A DNA stretch of 64,000 nucleotides from Flectonema sp. DT1601. Taxonomy: Eukaryota. The stretch is from the NCBI GenBank assembly GCA_964019425.1, contig OZ025792.1, positions 1,364,001-1,428,000 of the forward strand, written 5' to 3'. A program made the translations under genes and the position numbers. Every line of letters starts with the position of its first letter. Position 1 is the stretch's first letter. Positions 33,877 through 46,300 of the stretch are shown piece by piece. A model generated the notes under the pieces. The model did no database searches. It was not told where the DNA came from and saw only the letters and a list, made by a program, of their open reading frames with translations.

Positions 33877-36310
33877 TCACCATGCGGATAGTCTGGCAGG
33901 TACATCTTGATTAAGAGTAAGAAGAGGAGCAGAAGATGGATCTTTAACAGCCATCGAAATCTTTCCTCTTGAGATCAGAAGTACTCCTGCACCATTTTGA
34001 TGACCTCCATAATCAGAAGATGAGAATATCGTAATTACACGTCCAGAGTCTGATAGTCGAAGACCAGATGACTTCTCTTGATGAGCTCGGATGATGTAAT
34101 CGAAATTAAAGTTTGCGAGGAACGTATCAACGGCTTGTTTACCAAATGTTTTGATACCTGGACCACGAGGATTAGTACCAAAACCATGTTCGTTTAATAT
34201 CATTCCTGGCTCTGCTGGGTCTGACCAAAGTAAGTCAGACACAAACTGACGATATTCTCGTGTCTCTGCTTCAGGATTTGAAGATTGAACTTCTTCAAAT
34301 CTCGGAAAGTTCATCTTCTCAAGAATATCTAAACGAGAATCAGGTCCTCCATAGTATTGTGGTATTCCTCCGTGACTACAAAATATTTTATCATCAACAA
34401 TACAGGAAAGAGTTAAACAACTAAATAATCCATTAACCTGATTCCATACTTGTGTACCAATCTCTTCACCGAATACCATTAGACACTGATGTCTAAATGA
34501 AACCGTTCCGTATGTTGCAACATCACCATTAACTTCAGGACTTTCATGATTGCCTCTGAGTAGTGTTATTTTATGTGGTGATAACAACTTGTATGCCAAC
34601 AGGAAACAAATACATTCTACTGAACAGGTCCCTCTATCGACGTAATCTCCAAGAAACAGGAGGTCAGCAGCAGTGTAGTTGAGCTCACCAAAGGTGACGA
34701 TATTTTTCATAAAACAATAAAGATCTGCAAAGTTTCCGTGAATATCACCGAAAACATAAAGAGGAGATGAGAGTCGCTGTAGTAGGGGTTCTTTTTCAAG
34801 AACGGGACGAACCGCTCGGCAGAGAGCGAGGATCGCAGAACCGAATTCACGCGGACGATGATATCTAAATTCACGACCTCCATCAACAGCTGCTTCCATA
34901 ATCATATGAAGAACTGTTGTCGCTTCCATTGGTCGATGAGATCCATCTCTGGGAATGTCTGCTTCCAGATCCCGAACTCTCATAATTGTGGATTCTGTTC
35001 CTAAAAGGTCTTGTTCAGCTCCAGCATCTGCCGTAGCGAACGGATCAAATCCTGCCCTGGCACCCATTGGAGTGTCTGGTTCTACAGCAGTCGCTCTGTT
35101 GACAACTTCAGACATCATACAAACACCTTTTGGATCACCTTTCTCATCAATTAATAAAACCTGAGGGCAGAGGTCGGCTGTCGGGTTAAAAGTCGCACGG
35201 GTGCCAGTCTGTCCCCAAGTGGCTCCCTTTGGAGGAGGAGAGCGAGAGTGGGAGCGTGATCGAGAGCGGCTACGAGTGCGACCGGTGACGGGGGTGGCTT
35301 GTTGGCGATGATCGAGAGCCATTCCAGGAATGTTGTTACCACCCTGTTGCTGTAGTAGTACACCAGGTGGAGTTGGTGGAGACGGCGGAGTTAGAACGTG
35401 ACTTGCTGTGTTGACTTGTTGCACTGTTGTACCCAACTTTGGTGTAGTTGGCTGTCGTTGCTGTTGCTGATACAATCGATAATTATCCGGTATACCTGAT
35501 GCACTTATGGGTTGTTGCTGTTGATGCTGCTGTTGCTGCTGTTGCTGTTGCTGTTGTTGCTGCTGTTGTTGTTGCTGTTGCTGCTTCATGGCTGACCCTC
35601 TGTCTTTTTTCCGCAAGGCCGAAGGATCTTGCGGGATACTTTTTAATTCCGATTCAATAGTTTTCATTCTATTCTCAGTGTGATAAATGTCAGTAATTAG
35701 AGATGGTAATGTTGATTGATCTACTCCCTCATACCATCCTTTAACTTCATCTTGTGTGAATATTGAATTACTTACGCAGTCGATGCCGGTTGCTTCGCCT
35801 CTGTGAGAAACACCTTTTCCGAGATCGACGAAAATTCTCCATTCAGAGGTGACGCCGCGGATGCGACCGACTTTGTAGTGAGCTCTTCCATTGGGTGCGT
35901 CCTCGAGACGGAATCTGATATAAAACCCGACTACCAGACCAGGAAATCTGGAGTCCAATCGTTGATGCCAATCAAGTAATCTATCTCTTCCAACCCAAAC
36001 AGAATGGATATTTGGAATCCCTGTTGGATGTGCTGCTGGTTGTGAAACTACTCCCTTTGGATCGAATCGATAAACTGGAGCTGGTCTTTCTACAGCAGTC
36101 TCACCACTTAACTGTTTTATTAATTTATTGTAATAAAGTAGCTCAGCTAATAGCAATAACAGAAAAAGAAAGAAAATCCAAACAACATACCAAATTAACG
36201 TAATAAAAGACACCGTGTCTAGTAGTGCTCTGTCTAACTGCCCATCCTTCTGGAGGACGTGGGTCGAACTTTCGACATGCCTCAGCGTCTTGCTTTGAGA
36301 GGTTCGTCAT
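33877..36310 (-). CDS. WW-Plus3-polyQ/RS-PPP family Ser/Thr phosphatase; 2 exons (36310-36191, 36111-33877), 784 aa
   Basis: PPP motifs GDIHG, GDYVDRG, RGNHE, HGG, DLLWSDP, RAHQ. Splicing rebuilds WW-like PPEGWAVRQSTTRHGVFYYVNL|LSGETAVERP. Plus3-like GFYIRF..YKVGRIRGV..VSNSIFTQDEVKGW. Confidence 0.88.
35510..35585 (-). repeat. CAG/CAA trinucleotide tract (polyQ)
   Basis: Mixed TGC/TGT repeats on the + strand, translating to a long Gln run with one His on the minus strand. Confidence 0.9.
36112..36190 (-). other. GT-AG intron, 79 bp
   Basis: TTG|GTATGT ... TAATAAAACAG|TTA; the in-frame join completes a WW domain. Confidence 0.85.
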
Positions 36311-36690
36311 AACCCTCACTGTTCAGAGAGTTCTACTTATTATTATTTTTGTTCTTTTTTTTTTTTTTTTTTTTATATACGAACTGGATGATAGGGGGGA
36401 AGAATAAAATTTCATATCGACAAGACGTATATCAGTAACAATAACACTTAACATATCGTAGTGGTCGTCGGTGGTCCTTTTTAATTAAATAATCAAATCT
36501 GAAGAGGGGACAAAGATAACGATAAACAAATGGGAGGAAAATAATCACAAAAACAATATTAATTGAGCCAACAAAGTCGTAATGATGGTTTTTTTTTTTT
36601 TTTTAAATATGTATCTCAGTTGTAATTTTTTTTTTTTTCACGTTCGAACAAAATAAAAGAAAGTGAGTGTTATAGCGTTTAAATTTAGTC

Positions 36691-36725
<35 letters not shown>

Positions 36726-37471
36726 CCGTACGAAGAAATACTTAATTTGAGTAAGTGAGAAGCAAAAAAAAAAAGGACAACAAAATATCATTCTACTAAT
36801 CCATTTCCATCTAAGCAGCTAAAAGACATTAGAAAACATAACGAGGTTAAACACACGAATCCTTTTTTTTAAAAGTTTCTTTTTTATAAAAAAAGAATAC
36901 CACAGGCGGGTGAGATTCACAGGAAATCGGATTGCAAGAACTGAACTACTTTTATTGTAGAAACCTGTTAACACAAACAGGGAAACACGCCACTATAAAT
37001 TGTGTACACAAAAAGAAATTCACATCTAACGAATAAACAAGCAAAAGAAAAAAAAAGAAAAAAAAAGAATTCGCCTTTTACAACGATCATAATGACAACA
37101 TGAAAACAGTGATCCGATTGCATCGCCGTGTGTGTTGTCAAAAAAAGGGTTTCTTTTTTTATCTCCAGTAGTGAGGTATTTTTTATATCCCACAGGTTAT
37201 AAAAAGAAGAGAAAAACAAAAGGAACGAAGGAAATGCCGAATCAATGAACTGCATCCCTTCCGAATCTACACCAACCTAATGGCACGTAAAGTGGTTCTT
37301 TCGTCTAAACTCACTTCTTGTGAATAAAAATATTTTTAAAAAGAAAAATAAACAGTTAGCGTGCGTCAAATTAATAACCAGTGAGGATATCAATACTGCA
37401 ACACACGAGGGGGGATTGGATGTTTGATTTCGTAAACACAACGAGGGGAGGGTTTTGTAGTTAGTACGAAA

Positions 37472-39205
37472 CTAATTCTCAAACATTCTCGCAGCAGCTT
37501 CTTCCTTTTGTTTTAAGTACAAGTCATGAGCTGTTTTGTAAGCTGGAGGTCTGTTAGCAAGCCACTCATCAACTAAATTCCAACTAACCTTTGGCAACTG
37601 TTCCTTCTTAACAACAGGAAGTGTAAAGTAAGATGCGTACTGCTCGCTTAAGTGAAGAGTGTTAGTTGCGTTTATAAAAGGACCTCCTTCACTGATGAGT
37701 TTTCCATTATTACGATTTGGCATGAAGCGTGGATTGTTTGATGAAGAGACAGAAACTCTAATGCTGTGACCTCTCGCGAAGATAAAACTTGTATTCCACA
37801 TTGAGACCTCAACTTCGTAAATCTTTCCCGGAGTTACGACTTCTGGTTGATCACCTCCATGAACACCTTGTCTCCATTTCAAACGAATAATCCCATCATT
37901 GAGAAGAATAGATCTCCCGTCAGGATACACGTCAGTAAGTTTTGCTGTGAAATCCGTATCAGCAGCTGAGGTTTCAACAAACAATGTTGCTACTAGTGGA
38001 CCAGTAATTATGACATCTTGTTTAAGGACTTGAGTTGTAAAAGTTAAGACATCAGTTCTATTCTCTGAAGGTCTCTGATCACGAGCTCCACATTTAATCA
38101 TTAAATTATTACCTCCGATAGTTGGAACTGAGTCCTTCGGTTTGAATACGTAAGAGAGTGAATCACTACCAGTTGGTGGTGTTCTACTTAAAGACTTATC
38201 TTTATGCATGTAGTACTTAAGAGGATTGAAAACTGGCCATTCATCAACTGATGTCCAAAAGTTACCAGGAGCTAACGGATCAACATAACTACCACTTTTA
38301 TCACCGGCACCCATCACGTAGAATGTGATATTCTTAATTTCTGATGGTAAAGTACGACCAGCAAACATATCCAAGGCCATGATAAACGCAATATCTGTTT
38401 TACGATCTTCAATTAAATAGAATGGACAACCACCTCCCATGCAGTGACCACAAGCTTGAACAACAAAATGAGAATCGTAGCCTTTGTTACGATAGCACTC
38501 GTAGGCTGCGAAGTTACCCTGTTGAAAGATATCATACCAACCTGAAAGAATAACAGAAGGGAAGTACATTGAATCACACATTCCAGTCATGTTTACAGGA
38601 TTCCACCAACTTCCTGGTGCCTCATGTTGTTCAGTTGTTTTAATTAATCCTTCGTACTGGTTAGGGAACGTAGACTTCATCCATCCAGAAATCAAAGCTT
38701 CACGAAATGCACCACCATCATATGGAGTTGTGTGTGATGTGATGGATGCCCAAACAACGAACTGTTTCTTTAACTGTGGTGGAAGATTCTTCCAAGACAT
38801 GATAGCTCCGATCCCGTCAGCTGATATTCCAGTTTGATAGACGTCCCCATTTGACCATTCTTGTTTTGAGATCCAATCAAAAGTATCAAAACTATCATTA
38901 GCTTGACTACGCCACAAAGTAAAGTTCTGACCATCGTGATGAGATAACCAAGTCCCTCTCATATCTTGTCTTACAGAACAGAAATCATCACCGAGTGCCG
39001 CTGAAATGGCATCAGCAAGATTCTCACTAGCCCAATGGCCGTAAGTACTTGTGTCAAATATCGCTGTCTTCTTATCACTTCCAGTTTCAGGGCAGTTGAT
39101 GTAAGTACTTAACTTAAACCCGTCTCTCATTGGGATCCCAACCCTCTCAGTCTTCCCATAAACAGCTACTGCTGCTGCGACTACTAACGCAGTACTGCGT
39201 AACAT
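37472..39205 (-). CDS. Secreted CocE/NonD (peptidase S15 / X-Pro dipeptidyl-peptidase-like) serine hydrolase
   Basis: Signal peptide, IPMRDG, QDMRG, nucleophile GISADG, GWYDIF, CGH, and C-terminal DTDFTAKLTDVYPDG..GHSIRVSVSSSNNPRF. Confidence 0.92.
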   Translation of the reverse strand: MLRSTALVVAAAVAVYGKTERVGIPMRDGFKLSTYINCPETGSDKKTAIFDTSTYGHWASENLADAISAALGDDFCSVRQDMRGTWLSHHDGQNFTLWRSQANDSFDTFDWISKQEWSNGDVYQTGISADGIGAIMSWKNLPPQLKKQFVVWASITSHTTPYDGGAFREALISGWMKSTFPNQYEGLIKTTEQHEAPGSWWNPVNMTGMCDSMYFPSVILSGWYDIFQQGNFAAYECYRNKGYDSHFVVQACGHCMGGGCPFYLIEDRKTDIAFIMALDMFAGRTLPSEIKNITFYVMGAGDKSGSYVDPLAPGNFWTSVDEWPVFNPLKYYMHKDKSLSRTPPTGSDSLSYVFKPKDSVPTIGGNNLMIKCGARDQRPSENRTDVLTFTTQVLKQDVIITGPLVATLFVETSAADTDFTAKLTDVYPDGRSILLNDGIIRLKWRQGVHGGDQPEVVTPGKIYEVEVSMWNTSFIFARGHSIRVSVSSSNNPRFMPNRNNGKLISEGGPFINATNTLHLSEQYASYFTLPVVKKEQLPKVSWNLVDEWLANRPPAYKTAHDLYLKQKEEAAARMFEN

Positions 39206-39308
39206 ATTATTATCAAACTGTTGAGAAAAGAGTTTATGTTTTCCAATAAAGTATTTATTTTTATATATCCTTCAAAACGTCACTGAGCGTGTAAATATGA
39301 AATCCCCT

Positions 39309-39860
39309 CTACGATGTGATAATTGGATTGTATGGCTCGAGGTCTGGTAAAACAGAATTCAAAGACAGAGAAGACAAACAACCATAATAGTCTTCTGAAG
39401 TGATATCACTGCGTAACGATCTTGTCGATAATTTAACTTCTGATGTTGGTGACGTACACAGAGAAGATTCAATCACGCCAACCGGTATTACAGAACGAGC
39501 AGTACGAGTAGTGACTGCTTCTGAATGAGAGTCAACAGATGTTAAGAATTCACGTGTTGATAAACATCCCTCATACAACGGTCTAGGCCACAGTTTTTTA
39601 AAGTAAGCAGAAGGTAAAGACTCCACAACTGAAGGACACAATGTTCCAGTTGTACGGCTTTTCGTTGAAAGATCGCCTTTACAGCATTCTGTAGTACAAT
39701 CTTCGTTACTGTCAGAGTGATCAGACTCATCAAATAAAAGATATCGATGTCGTAAGTACAATCGATATTTCTCAGTGGTGGGTATTAATTTTATTACTTC
39801 AAAATGTCGGGAGAGAAGTTCTCTTTCTGTCTGTTCATTGGACTCAATGGACAAGGACAT
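39309..39860 (-). CDS. Hypothetical Ser/Thr-rich protein
   Basis: 183-aa ATG ORF on the cluster strand, free of homopolymer runs, preceded by an AAACAG acceptor-like motif. No recognisable domain. Confidence 0.5.
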   Translation of the reverse strand: MSLSIESNEQTERELLSRHFEVIKLIPTTEKYRLYLRHRYLLFDESDHSDSNEDCTTECCKGDLSTKSRTTGTLCPSVVESLPSAYFKKLWPRPLYEGCLSTREFLTSVDSHSEAVTTRTARSVIPVGVIESSLCTSPTSEVKLSTRSLRSDITSEDYYGCLSSLSLNSVLPDLEPYNPIITS

Positions 39861-40056
39861 CTTTATATTATTTTATTTTATTTTCCTGTTTGAGGAAAAT
39901 TAGTGTTACTTCCCTTGCACAAAAAAAAAATACCATTAGTTGGAACTAATTGCAGATTGTTTGTTTTTATGTACTCCTGATGATAACCGTACGGAAACTG
40001 AGTAATTTAAATCAATCCCCCTTTTCGTATTATTATTTAATAAGTCAACAGTAGTA

Positions 40057-41418
40057 TCAACTCCTCCTCTCAGTATTATCAATCCATTGAAGAAAAGGTT
40101 GAATATCACCCTCAGCAGCAAGTTGTAACAGAATAGGAATCTTCTTAGCAGTAGGCGCCAGAACTAAAAGAATCTTACGAAGGTAAATCCAATCAGCTGA
40201 CGGAGAACCGTCATGACGACGAGCAGTAGTTGGAAACAACACTTTCAGAGAATGAATGTCACCTGGATAAAGAGGTGATGCAAATGCGGCAATCGAATGC
40301 GTTCCAATATCACCGTGATGGATACCTGAACTGTGTAGTTGAACGAGTACCATCCCAACAATCTTTACCATTTTAGTTGCATCAAATACTGTTCCCATTC
40401 TGTGATAAATCCATTGCTCAACTGTTGTCGCAAAGTTTGCAATCGTAATAACACCATCCTCTTCAGACACGTCAAGGATATCAATAGTGTATCTACAAGG
40501 ATTCCAAAGTAACTGTCTTGCTATGGAACTGTTGAGCTCACCGATGATGTATTCAATACAAGTACCTCCTTGAACTCCTGTAATCCTCGTCATACCATTT
40601 GGAAGTGAAAAGAATCCTCCAACTTCCTCATTAGGAAATACATTCGGTAATATTAAGCTACTACACTGAGGTGGTTGTTTTGGCATCATTGGGGAATATT
40701 TTCTATCAGGCCAAACACTTCCTTGACTCGGATCCTCAAGCGCCATATCAACAAGAATAAAATTTGACGACAACGAACAAACCACCCAACTGTGACGTTC
40801 ATCAATGTGAGTCCCTCTCTGTAGCCAGGCAGGGATACCAATTAAGTCGCAGAAGTATTTTGTTGCGATGCTGTAGTGTCTGCATACTCCGTGTTTTATC
40901 TCTCCTAAATATCTTTTAACAGGTTTTCCTAATATAGCTTTGTGGTTTTTAGCAGTAATGTTGCCTTGTTCACCATTGAATAACATCCCTACGGCTTTTT
41001 TAACCAACGATATCCTCATTTCTGGATTGGTGATTCCATTCATGCATCGAAGCATTTTAGCAGAACGTTGTAAGGCGATGTCGACAGTAGAGTCGATGAT
41101 GATGACTTCTCGTTGTCCATTATCTAAGTGGTCTGATGATAATATGTCATCGGGGTATTGCGATAACGGAATCAGCTCTCTTCCTGCTCCAGGATCATAA
41201 AACCCATCTGTGATACTCTCACTCCAGGTAAGACGATCGTTTTCATAAAATCTTTTTGTAGCATTCGCACTCCTCTGGACTCTCCAATCAACACACCTTC
41301 CGGATATCTGAAACATTTGAATTAATAAATTTTCTTCTTTTGTTATAATCGTCCAACAAATACATCCGCTCAGAACTACGAGTAGTCGTCCTCCTTCATC
41401 AGAGTGAGAGGAGTTCAT
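40057..41418 (-). CDS. EDR1/CTR1 N-terminal-like (transglutaminase-like) domain protein with degenerate kinase-like C-terminus
   Basis: DGFYDPG, REVIIID, LGEIKHGVCRH..KYFCDLIGIP..RG..HSW..LVDM; later LVQLHSSGIHHGDI. Start codon uncertain. Confidence 0.75.
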   Translation of the reverse strand: MNSSHSDEGGRLLVVLSGCICWTIITKEENLLIQMFQISGRCVDWRVQRSANATKRFYENDRLTWSESITDGFYDPGAGRELIPLSQYPDDILSSDHLDNGQREVIIIDSTVDIALQRSAKMLRCMNGITNPEMRISLVKKAVGMLFNGEQGNITAKNHKAILGKPVKRYLGEIKHGVCRHYSIATKYFCDLIGIPAWLQRGTHIDERHSWVVCSLSSNFILVDMALEDPSQGSVWPDRKYSPMMPKQPPQCSSLILPNVFPNEEVGGFFSLPNGMTRITGVQGGTCIEYIIGELNSSIARQLLWNPCRYTIDILDVSEEDGVITIANFATTVEQWIYHRMGTVFDATKMVKIVGMVLVQLHSSGIHHGDIGTHSIAAFASPLYPGDIHSLKVLFPTTARRHDGSPSADWIYLRKILLVLAPTAKKIPILLQLAAEGDIQPFLQWIDNTERRS

Positions 41419-43355
41419 TAATTGGTGTTAAGAAGGTAGTAAACGATGTGTTCTCGGTAGAATCTTTAGTAGTTCCTGTTATTAATAAAAAAACATAACT
41501 TATCTATTGAAGAGAAACAAGACACTCACCTGTTGCAAAAAACCACCAACATCAGCACAATTACAATGGAATAACTGAGTCGGATGCGCACCTTAAAAAT
41601 AATAATTTGAGATTCGATCCGTTTGGTTCTCAAATCAAATGAAGTCCTTCTGGGGTATTTTTTAGCAGTGCATCGGTAGAGAAAAAAGAAAACAATAAAA
41701 CAGAACCTTTCCAGGATAAACTCAGTTACCAAATTAGCTACTGAGGAGGGGTAGGGGGGAAAGCAATGGAAGCAACGAGAGGAAGAAAAATATTTAAAAA
41801 AATCAAATAAGATAGGGCAGACAGACTGAACACTTCCCTTAGGCAGCAATGTTAACTATAGGAAGTGAATCAGCAGCTAAGAAAATGGTAGAAAGAACAG
41901 GCCGCCACGGTTACGCTTCTAAACCAGAATGAACCAGTTTGTTTATTTATTTTTTTTATTTTTTTGTGTGCTTGGTTAATTCCTTAGAAAAAGAGTTAGA
42001 GAAAAATAACCACGTTTGCGGAAATTGAGAGAATTTAATAAAAAGGGGGAAAAATGAAAAAATGAAAATGAAAGCAAAGGTAAGGAAAGGGGTTTCTTAA
42101 AATAATAATAAATGCAGGAGATGGGGAGCGATGGGAAATGAAATTAAAACTCTTCTTTTTTTTTTTTTTCCCCTCCCCTTATTTTAAAGCTGTTCTGCTT
42201 TTTTTTTTTTTTTTTTTTTTTTTTCTTTTTCCGCATTCCTCTGCCACACACGTGTGCAATCGCGCGCGTGAGAACAGCTTTTCTTAAAGTCGAAATAAAA
42301 GCGTTAACACGAGAACAATAAAAAAAAGAAAGAGAACAAAAAAAAAAAACTGGAATAACAACAAGATCACCGCAAGAGAATTCCTTTTCACAAAGGAGAG
42401 AAGAGCCAGTACCCGCCAAACAATTAAAATATTAGTGTGGTTGTGGAACTCTCTTGTATGACTTATCGTCTTTTTTTTTTTTTTTTTTTTTTTTTTTTCG
42501 AAAGAGAAAAGCAAGTAACAAGAGGAAACAAGGGGGAAAAAAAATCAGATACCTCTTACGATTGTATACTAAAAAGTGTATCTCACAGAACATGCATGTT
42601 GAAACCCCTCCTTCGGGAGAATGAATTTCCTCCGGTATTTTTTTTTTTTTATATTTTAAGTTTATAATCAAACGACTATAAGGTAAAGGTTTTATTTTTT
42701 ATTTTTTTTTTGCTCTTGTTTTTTTTTCCCCCCTCTCCCCCTTTTTTTTTTTTTTTGTTTTTAACTCCTCTTGTCCCTCCGGCAAACCTTCAAAAATCAT
42801 TTCCTGACCTTTGAAAAGCTCACCTCATGGGGGGACATACGGAAGTAAACTGCATTGATTGCCTGAAGCGAAGAATTCACTATTCAAGTTTGAGAAAACG
42901 ATGTTATCGTATGCAATCAAATCAAAAAAAAAGGAAAGCAAGAAGAAAACATTTTATTCTATTTTTTCGACTAATTTTAATTTTAATTAATTCTTACTTT
43001 GAATTCCTATTTTCAATTTTGATGCCTTTTTATTTTTTATTTTTTTTTTTTTATGTTGTATAAAATAGTTTTCTAGAATTTTCCGTTGAAAAAACAATAA
43101 TAAAGTATTGTGTTGTGAATCATATTTTCCTTCTCTCCGTCAATCTGAGATTTAAACGGAAAAAAGGAAAACGTGTTGTAGATCCAGGTTGGATCTAACC
43201 AACACTGCTAGTCGATATGAATATTCCCAAGCTTCCGTTGTTATTTAATTCAGTTCACAATAAAATAAAGAAAGAAAAGGGGGGGAGAAGAAAAAAAAAA
43301 AAAAAAGAAGAAAAAAAAAACGAATAAATCGGAAATGTTATCATCGAAAGTAGGA

Positions 43356-43388
<33 letters not shown>

Positions 43389-46300
43389 TTTTCGATAGAT
43401 CAATCTAGCTGTTCTACAGTATCGTTCTACATGTTCTTATTGCCTGAATTTTTTTTCTTTTTTTTTTTTTTTTTCCCATATCACAAGAAATACATAAAAG
43501 GGATCACCGACAGCAACGCAATACTTGAAACTTCTCACAAATCGAAGCAGCAGGCAAAAAACTGCAAGCTGGCAATCTCTGTAAAGCAAGTGTGTGGGGA
43601 AAAAGAAGGGCGCGATACAAGAAGAATAAATGAAAAAATGAAAGGGAGGGAGGGGGAAAAAAATATTTTGTTGACGAGTTAGGCTCGCTAAAAAACGTAG
43701 ACAAGCACAGGATGCAATGCACATTTATTAGCAACCTAAGTCAACAAGAAAGAAAATAAAGAAAATAATAATAATAAGTCAGAATAATTTGAGTTAGAGT
43801 TGGAAAATTGGCTGAAAAAAGGGAATATATCCCAAATAATAATTCATAAAATAATGGTTTAAAAAAAACAGAAATCGTAAAGGAGGTACTGTTCTTTATA
43901 ATTTCACTCTCCTCTATGAACAAACATCCATCGCCTAAAAATATTCAAAGGGGGAAACAAAAATGCATTGGGTCAAGGTAACGAAGAATCTTAAAATAAA
44001 AAAAAAAAAAATTGTTGAATTTTTTTTTTTTTTTTGCCTCCTCAACTAAAGGTAAACAAAAAAAAAAAAAAAAGAACGGATCAACAAAATAGACGCAACA
44101 AAAAAAATGTAAGGGAAGGAATTTTTCAAGGTGGTCCTTGAGGGAAGCCAGACATATTTATGTACTAAAATAAGAGTATCCAAAGATTTGGTACAATGCG
44201 AAGTAAAACAGCAGCTCGTTATATTATTATATACAATTTTGTTTATTTTGTAATTTTGGTTATTATTGGTACTCTAATTCTACGATAAATCTACACGGCA
44301 ATCCCGTGAGATAATATTATTACTAAAGAATTTTATTTAACGTTTAAATCGTGAAGTTTGGTTTTTTTTTTTTTTTTTTTTTTTTTTTCTTCACTCTCTC
44401 TCTCTCTCTCTTTTCGATTACTTTCGTCAATGATTGTATCTTGTGTCAAATGTGATTATTTTCTTAGTTGTTGGAACTTCAACAGCAATTTGCAGTGAAT
44501 TTGGGAAAAAAAACTAATAACGATGGAAATGAACAAATCAAAAAAAAAAAAAAAAAAAAAAGGAAAAGGAAACAGAAAAAGAGTACTAAAAAAAAGATTC
44601 GTTAGCTCGGCAAACAGTAATAAGTCGGAAGGAGTGACGGCCGACGAATCTTTTTTTTCCCTTTTTTAATTTTTTTTTCCTTTTTTAATTTTTTTTTTTT
44701 TTTTTTTTTAAAATTCCCCCCTCCTTTTTTTTTTGTTCTTTATTATCAATTTTTACGCAAATCACTAGTCAGAAATTTCAACAAACAACAAAAAAAACAA
44801 AAACATAAAAAAAAGAGAAAAAAAAATTCATCGTCACAAAGATTTGATCGGATTTCACCTCAAAAAAGAGAGAGTGAGTGTTCTACTATAAAACTCATAA
44901 GAAGTATGAGAAGCTACGTTGTCTGATGCAGGGCAAATTGTACCACATAGACGATTTATTCTTACTGAGAAACAAAATAAGTTGGAAGGGTCATCGGAAA
45001 ACTAACTAAAAATATCTTACGTGTTATCCAGTGAAGTCTATTTTGTTTACATACAAATAGCAAAGGTATGACAGAAAGAAGCAGAAAAGAAAGGGTGGGG
45101 GGGAAAAAAAAAAAAAAAAGGGAAAGGAATTTTTTTTTTTTTTTTTTTTTTTAGCCATGATTTCTTATTGCAACCCTGTTTTTATACACATTTCTGCGCC
45201 TTTAACGAAAACAGGTCGACGAGGTTCAAAAACAAAAGATGGAGAAGATTCATGAAAAGTGCATCACTGCACTTCGTATCTTTTTTTTTTTTTTTAATCC
45301 TTCTTTATATCTCACACCATCTCTCTAATCGCAATAAGACAAACTCTTTTACATATTTTTTTTTTCTTTTTAAAAAAAGACGGTCAGATCATTCCAACGA
45401 CTTTAATCAAAAAAAGAGAAAAAAAACTAAAAGAGGGACTAACTTGAAAAAAAAAAATAATTATTTTTCCATTCCTTTTTTTTTTTTTTTTGTTTTTTCT
45501 CTTTTTTCAATGCTACTTGAAAAAGAGACAGGTGCTAGGAGGTCAGACAGATTTTTTTTTTTTTTTTTTACTACTCGTTAAGAGTTTGTGTGATACGCTG
45601 AGAGTCATCTTCTCTGAACAAGTAATTTTTAAAAAAAGACACTCAGGAAGAGGGTATGTTTTAATCATTAATCCAACACTGCTCTATCAGTACTAGAGAC
45701 TAGGGTTACTACTCACAGTGTCAGAATACCCAATCTAGGATAATATCTTTTTATGTTACAGCAGACGAAAAAGCAGACCACACACGAGTAAATATTAATG
45801 AATTTTAAAAAAAGATTAAGAAAAAAAGAGGGAAAAAAGGCGGACAGCGTAGAAGTTGAATGAATATGGGATGCTACAAATCGACACGAAAATCTCAACT
45901 AGTCACCAAAAGAATTGGAAATACTACAAAGGAACGGTCGATTTTAATTATTTTTTTTTTTTTATCTTTAATAAGCAAATTAAAAAGTTTTTTTTTTTTT
46001 TTTTTTAAATAAATCATGTAAGAATTTGAGTAAGAAATTAGGGAAAGGGAAAGCAACACTCGCATAAGCCGTTTGAACTTATGTGACGCTGTGAACGAAC
46101 CCATTATAACAAACTGAACACTTCAGGGCATCTCTGGCCAAATGTAAGGTTAGGGACTACTAGGCCGGAAGTTAGGTGATCGAAAGTAGGAAATGTTAAT
46201 AATATGAAAAAAAAAAAATATTTATTTTGTATTATTACGTTTTGCTTTCATATAATAATTTAATTTCTCTTCCTTTTGTTTTTTTTCCTTCCTCCCTTTC

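Noticed and set aside
36112..36213. Hydrophobic N-terminus MSFITLIWYVVWIFFLFLLLLL suggesting a membrane-anchored phosphatase
   Set aside because: Starts at a GTG and is mostly translated intron; the spliced model gives a WW domain instead.
39243..39253. TACTTTATTG (minus strand) upstream of the CocE gene resembling the 3' end of a euglenozoan spliced leader
   Set aside because: Only 10 AT-rich nt match; expected by chance in this composition.
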